This document shows positions 59,754 through 64,000 of a stretch of 64,000 bases of DNA, piece by piece. Position 1 is the first letter of the stretch. Every line of letters starts with the position of its first letter. The position numbers and the translations under genes are program-made. A model generated the notes under the pieces. The model made no database searches, had not been told where the DNA came from, and saw only the letters and a program-made list of their open reading frames with translations. Source of the stretch: Pseudomonadota bacterium. Its GTDB lineage: Bacteria > Desulfobacterota > Binatia > Binatales > Binataceae. Where the stretch lies: the NCBI GenBank assembly GCA_021325355.1, contig JAJPHI010000009.1, positions 387,144 through 451,143 of the forward strand. The letters are read 5' to 3'.

Positions 59754-59922
59754 ATTCGACCACCGACCATGATAGCCCCGACTCACTCAGCTCAGTAGGA
59801 TCCTGCGGCCGAGATTTCCCCTAGCCGCCGCGCCGCCGTTCACTCGCCGACCTATCGATCTGGTCCGCTTCAGCACATACATTTTCTGACACGTCTCGTC
59901 CCTTTTCCTGCTGGGGATCACG

Positions 59923-62016
59923 ATGCCGGTTTTCGTGACGCGCCTGAAGACTCGCCCGCGGGCAGCGCTGATACTCGTCCTGAGCCTGAGTATGCTGCTC
60001 CTCGCCGATCGACGCGTCGGCACGGCGGCGAACCCCACGAGCCGCGTCACGCCGAGTCCGACCGCTACCGCAGCGCCCACGACCACTCATGCCGCCGCGG
60101 TCACGCCGAGCGTCGCTGCGACGCCGACCCGGGCCGCCGGTCCGGAACCTTCGGCCGCGCTCGATCGCAGCGCGCTGCTGACCTACCTCGGCGAGGTCGT
60201 CCGATGGCATCAGCAACTTGCCGGCCTCGCGCGCGCGGCCCAGGATCCGGGCGAGCAGATCTATGCCGCCGACGATCGTCGGCTGGCCAACGAAGCCTTG
60301 CAACTCGCCTTTGATTTCGCCCACGCCGTCGCGCCGCTCCTCGAGCCTGCCAGCGCCGCCGCCCCGCCAGCCGCCGCCTCACCCAATGAGGTTGCCGCCG
60401 GCGCCGCCAATGCCGTCCAGTTGAGCGCGCGGCGCGCCGAATTGCAGAACAATCTTGACGATCTGCAGGACCGGATTAAAACCTTGAACCGCAGGCTGAG
60501 CCCCGCTACCGCCAAAAATCGCGCGGAACTGAATCGCGAACTGCTCGCCGCCCAGGCGCAATTCGAGCTGACCCAATCGCGTATCGATTCGCTCGACGCG
60601 ATGATCGCCTTTCAGCAAACCACCGCCGGTACTCTCGCCTCCGGGCTCGTCGCCGAAATCGACGAGTTACAACGGGCCAGCACCCCGGCTAAAACAGCGG
60701 CGCCTTCCGCGGCGGCATCCGGCGGCCCGGGATTGCTGGCCGGTGCCCAGCGCTTCCTCTCGATCCTCGATAAGCAACGCGCGCTCGCCAACGCCAATCT
60801 CGTGTCGCGTCAGCTTCTGGACAAGACCACCGCCCTGCACGCGACCGTGCTCCAGCGGCTTAACCAAATCGACGCCCAGGGTCTCAGCCGCAGTCTTCAG
60901 GCCAACAACACCACCACTGCGGCGATCAACCAGGAACGCGCACAATTCCAGCAACTGACCCAGCGCGGCAAGACGCTCGCCAACGCCCTCCTGCCGCTCT
61001 CCAAAGAGCTCGTGACGCTCCGTCTCTATGTCGCCAACCTGAAGCAATGGCGCGAAAAGGCCCACGAGCAGGCCCGTGCCGCGCTGCGCGAACTGGCTCT
61101 CCGCGGCTCCATCATGGGCGCGATGCTCCTTGCGGTGTTCGTCGCCTCCATCGTCTGGCATCGGCTCACCGTCCGTTACGTCCAGGATTTGCAGCGGCGC
61201 CACCAGCTCCTGCGCCTGCGCCGCTTCGTCGTCGGCACCGCCGTCATTCTGATTTTACTGGTGAGCTTCGCCGCCTCCCTCGGCTCCTTTGCCACCATCA
61301 TGGGTTTCGCTGCCGCCGGCATCGCCGTCGCCCTGCAGAACGTTATCCTGTCGGTCGCCGGCTACTTCTACCTCAGCGGACGCTTCGGCATCCGCGTCGG
61401 CGACCGCGTGCAGATCGCCGGCGTCAATGGCGACGTCCTCGAAATCGGTTTTTTCAAAATCACCCTGATGGAACTGGTTGGCGACGAACGCGGCTACCAG
61501 ACCAGCGGCCGCGCCGTGATCTTCCCCAACTCCATCGTCTTCCAGCCGAGCAGCAATTTCTTCCGTCAGCTCCCCGGCGCCAACTTCGGCTGGCGTGAGA
61601 TGCGTTTTACGGTCGCCGCCGATACCGACTATCGGCTCGCCGAAAAACGTCTCGGCGACGTCGTCAACGACGTCTTCGCCCGTTATCGCGACGTCATTCA
61701 GCGTGAAGCCCATCAGGCCGAGGACAAACTGAATCTGCGACTCGAAACGCCGCGGCCGCGCACCCGCCTGCAGCTCGGTCCCAACGGCCTCGAAATCGTC
61801 ATCCGCTACCCGGTGATCCTGCGCAACTCGATGCAGGTCTCCGACGATATCACCCGCCGCCTCATCGACGCGCTCGCCACCGACCCCGCGCTCCGCCTCG
61901 CCACCATCGGTACGCCGATCATTCAGCCGGGTCAGCCGCCGGCCCCGGCTGCGCCCACCGACAAGGCCGACCAGTCGACCATTCGCCTGACCGCCCCGCG
62001 CGAGCGTTCCGGCTGA
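59923..62016 (+). CDS. MscS-family mechanosensitive channel with large N-terminal coiled-coil domain
   Basis: AGIAVALQN, IRVGDRVQIAGVNGDV, FPNS; signal-like N-terminus and long helical region. Confidence 0.85.
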   Translation: MPVFVTRLKTRPRAALILVLSLSMLLLADRRVGTAANPTSRVTPSPTATAAPTTTHAAAVTPSVAATPTRAAGPEPSAALDRSALLTYLGEVVRWHQQLAGLARAAQDPGEQIYAADDRRLANEALQLAFDFAHAVAPLLEPASAAAPPAAASPNEVAAGAANAVQLSARRAELQNNLDDLQDRIKTLNRRLSPATAKNRAELNRELLAAQAQFELTQSRIDSLDAMIAFQQTTAGTLASGLVAEIDELQRASTPAKTAAPSAAASGGPGLLAGAQRFLSILDKQRALANANLVSRQLLDKTTALHATVLQRLNQIDAQGLSRSLQANNTTTAAINQERAQFQQLTQRGKTLANALLPLSKELVTLRLYVANLKQWREKAHEQARAALRELALRGSIMGAMLLAVFVASIVWHRLTVRYVQDLQRRHQLLRLRRFVVGTAVILILLVSFAASLGSFATIMGFAAAGIAVALQNVILSVAGYFYLSGRFGIRVGDRVQIAGVNGDVLEIGFFKITLMELVGDERGYQTSGRAVIFPNSIVFQPSSNFFRQLPGANFGWREMRFTVAADTDYRLAEKRLGDVVNDVFARYRDVIQREAHQAEDKLNLRLETPRPRTRLQLGPNGLEIVIRYPVILRNSMQVSDDITRRLIDALATDPALRLATIGTPIIQPGQPPAPAAPTDKADQSTIRLTAPRERSG

Positions 62017-62067
62017 ATCGCCACGCCGCACCTCTGACGAAACCCGCGCGACAGTGTCGCCTGATTT

Positions 62068-63591
62068 TCAGTGCTTCGGCCGCGTCGCCGCGCGCGCGAG
62101 GCACTCCGGAGTTTCGCCGGTGGTCCGCCACGCGACGAAATACCGGCCGTGGAACACCTCCTGCCGGCACTCGGACGCGCTCGCGAACTCCCTCGCCGGC
62201 CACTCGGCGAGGCTCAACATGCCCGGGATGTTCGGCGCGATGATCCACGTCGCGGCGCTGAGCGCGGCGTGCTCCCGCGCGAGATCCCCCGCCGTCGCCA
62301 CCCCCGGCACGAGAAACGCCGCCGGCTCGCGCTCAACCCAGGGGCACAGCCGGCCCGCCGCACCGATCCAACTCGACACCACCACTCGCTCACCGCCCGC
62401 CGCCGCTCTTAGCTGCGCCCACTCCGCAAGCTCCGCCGCCGGCGCATACAGTCCCGCGGTCTCCGGCGATCGCACCATCCGGCGCCATCCCGCCGCCGCG
62501 TTCTCGATCCAGCTCACGTTGGCCAGCACCGCGAGCCCGCACAGCACGAGCGTAATCAGCCGCCAACCCGCTAATCCGCCGGCCATCACCAGGCCGCTGA
62601 CCAGCACGTAAGCGTAATACTGCCACGACGCAGGACCGCCAAAAAAAACGCCGATAAAGCCCAGATGCATGATCGTGCAACTGACCATCACCGCGAACCG
62701 GCGACCCCACTCCACGTGCCCACCGAGCGCGATCGCGCTGGCCGCGACCAGCGCCGCCGTTCCGGCGATCCAGAACACGACCGGCGTGCCGAAATAGTAT
62801 CCGAGCGTCGCTCCCGGCAGATACAGAAACCGGCTTCCGCTGTCGAAGATCCCCAGATGCAGTACGTGATAGGCCTGCGCGCCGGCGCTCGGCAAGAGCG
62901 TCGTCGCCACCGCCGCCGCGCCGAAGCGCGCCCCCAGCAGGGTGACCAGGACCACTCCGACGAGCGCCGCCGGCAGCAATTCCCGCCCAACCCTGCCGAC
63001 AATCTCAGTCAGTCGCGCCTGACCCGCCCGTCTCGTCCGCTCGCACTCAATTCCCACGATAGCGACCAGGATAGCCCCGTACAGGTAGCCCATCGTCGGC
63101 TTGGTAAAGACCGCCGCCGTCGCCAGACCAAGGGCGGCGCGGTACCGGCCGCGCAGTTGACTGAGTATCGCCGTCGCCAGCAGCGCGGCCTCCAAAATGT
63201 GCGGCAGATCCGCGCCGAGTTCCGTGATAAACGGCAGCGCCGCCGCGACCAGCAGCCGCTCCCGCCCGCCGCCCGCCGCCGCAATCTGGCCGAGCGCAAG
63301 GGCGAACCACACCGTGACGATCGCGCTTATCAGCAGAAACGATCCCGGCGTGGCGCCCGCCATCGCATAGCAGGCTTCCTGCACCAGGAGCGGAAGCAAA
63401 CCGTACTGCCAGCCAAAATCGATTCCCGGTCGCAGTCCCTGTTTGAGCAGATCATGCGCGACCAGGTAACCGCCACAATCCCAGAACGCGAAATTGTTGA
63501 AGTTATATAGTAGCGGTAACCGCCAAAGATAAACCGCCGCGAGCTCTGCTACGAACGCCGCCCCCAGCCATCCCCCGCGCCCAGCCTTCAT
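62068..63591 (-). CDS. Polytopic membrane protein, GT-C glycosyltransferase-like
   Basis: About 10 TM; first loop WDCGGYL...LRPGIDFGWQYGLL; start uncertain (63591-63636). Confidence 0.55.
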   Translation of the reverse strand: MKAGRGGWLGAAFVAELAAVYLWRLPLLYNFNNFAFWDCGGYLVAHDLLKQGLRPGIDFGWQYGLLPLLVQEACYAMAGATPGSFLLISAIVTVWFALALGQIAAAGGGRERLLVAAALPFITELGADLPHILEAALLATAILSQLRGRYRAALGLATAAVFTKPTMGYLYGAILVAIVGIECERTRRAGQARLTEIVGRVGRELLPAALVGVVLVTLLGARFGAAAVATTLLPSAGAQAYHVLHLGIFDSGSRFLYLPGATLGYYFGTPVVFWIAGTAALVAASAIALGGHVEWGRRFAVMVSCTIMHLGFIGVFFGGPASWQYYAYVLVSGLVMAGGLAGWRLITLVLCGLAVLANVSWIENAAAGWRRMVRSPETAGLYAPAAELAEWAQLRAAAGGERVVVSSWIGAAGRLCPWVEREPAAFLVPGVATAGDLAREHAALSAATWIIAPNIPGMLSLAEWPAREFASASECRQEVFHGRYFVAWRTTGETPECLARAATRPKH

Positions 63592-63689
63592 CCCACAACG
63601 CATAGCGGAAAGGCCGGCCCGAGAGCCAGTCGCCACCCGCGCCCGCCCGGATGACGCTCAGCGGCGCAGCTTGCCGCAGCGCCGGCGCA

Positions 63690-63929
63690 CTAGCTAATCG
63701 CCGGCGTCTGTCCGATGCTGTATACGGCGCACAGCACCAGCGTCTCATTCGGTCCCGCGGTCGATCCGGCCGCCGGCAGCGTCAGCATCGTATCCCAGGC
63801 CGCCCCGAGACCCAGCGCCGCGCGCGATATCGGCGTGAGCTGCACAATCGGACCCACCGGCGTCGGCAGCACGGCACCGGAGACCGGCAGATACATCAGC
63901 GAAAACACCGCGCCACCCGGATCGATCAT
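63690..63929 (-). CDS. Hypothetical protein
   Basis: 79 aa ORF with GGAGG upstream, closely following a reading frame that enters from the right edge. Confidence 0.5.
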   Translation of the reverse strand: MIDPGGAVFSLMYLPVSGAVLPTPVGPIVQLTPISRAALGLGAAWDTMLTLPAAGSTAGPNETLVLCAVYSIGQTPAIS

Positions 63930-64000
63930 TGCTCAGGCCTCCGCGCCTCCAATCGATATCCACTTCGCTCCGATGGCTATCCACTTCAGTAGGCGCATAC

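Noticed and set aside
63957..63987. Two copies of TATCCACTTC resembling DnaA boxes or a CRISPR start
   Set aside because: Two mismatches to the DnaA consensus; the 21-nt spacing fits a coding repeat (KWI...KWI); too short for CRISPR.

Overview
High-GC bacterial chromosome window. Gene content and protein style suggest Candidatus Binatota or a related Deltaproteobacteria-like lineage; this is inference only. Most of the window is housekeeping: ptsP; rimP-nusA-ylxR-infB-DUF503-rbfA-truB with a rimP-leader hairpin; a perfect parS palindrome; rnhB; pdhABC-lpdA-lipB-lipA; cell-wall enzymes; a membrane-arm-only nuoH-J-K-L-M-N operon; rsmD-coaD-aminotransferase; recD2; and an MscS channel. The most unusual part is a self-contained operon at 573-6281. 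It encodes three proteins that carry N-terminal signal peptides, two with phage fibre/capsid-decoration-like motifs and one SGNH-like, then a glycosyltransferase, a papain-like peptidase, a holin-like protein and a lipoprotein. No integrase or capsid gene is visible, so it is a candidate domesticated phage or gene-transfer-agent (GTA) accessory-and-lysis module. Other notable points: an in-frame TAG at codon 15 of pdhC, no nuoA/nuoI in the nuo operon, and small secreted Ser/Ala/Pro-rich proteins (two of them His-rich) that share a C-terminal motif. No rRNA, tRNA, CRISPR array or IS element was seen. All calls come from reading motifs by eye; no database searches were run.
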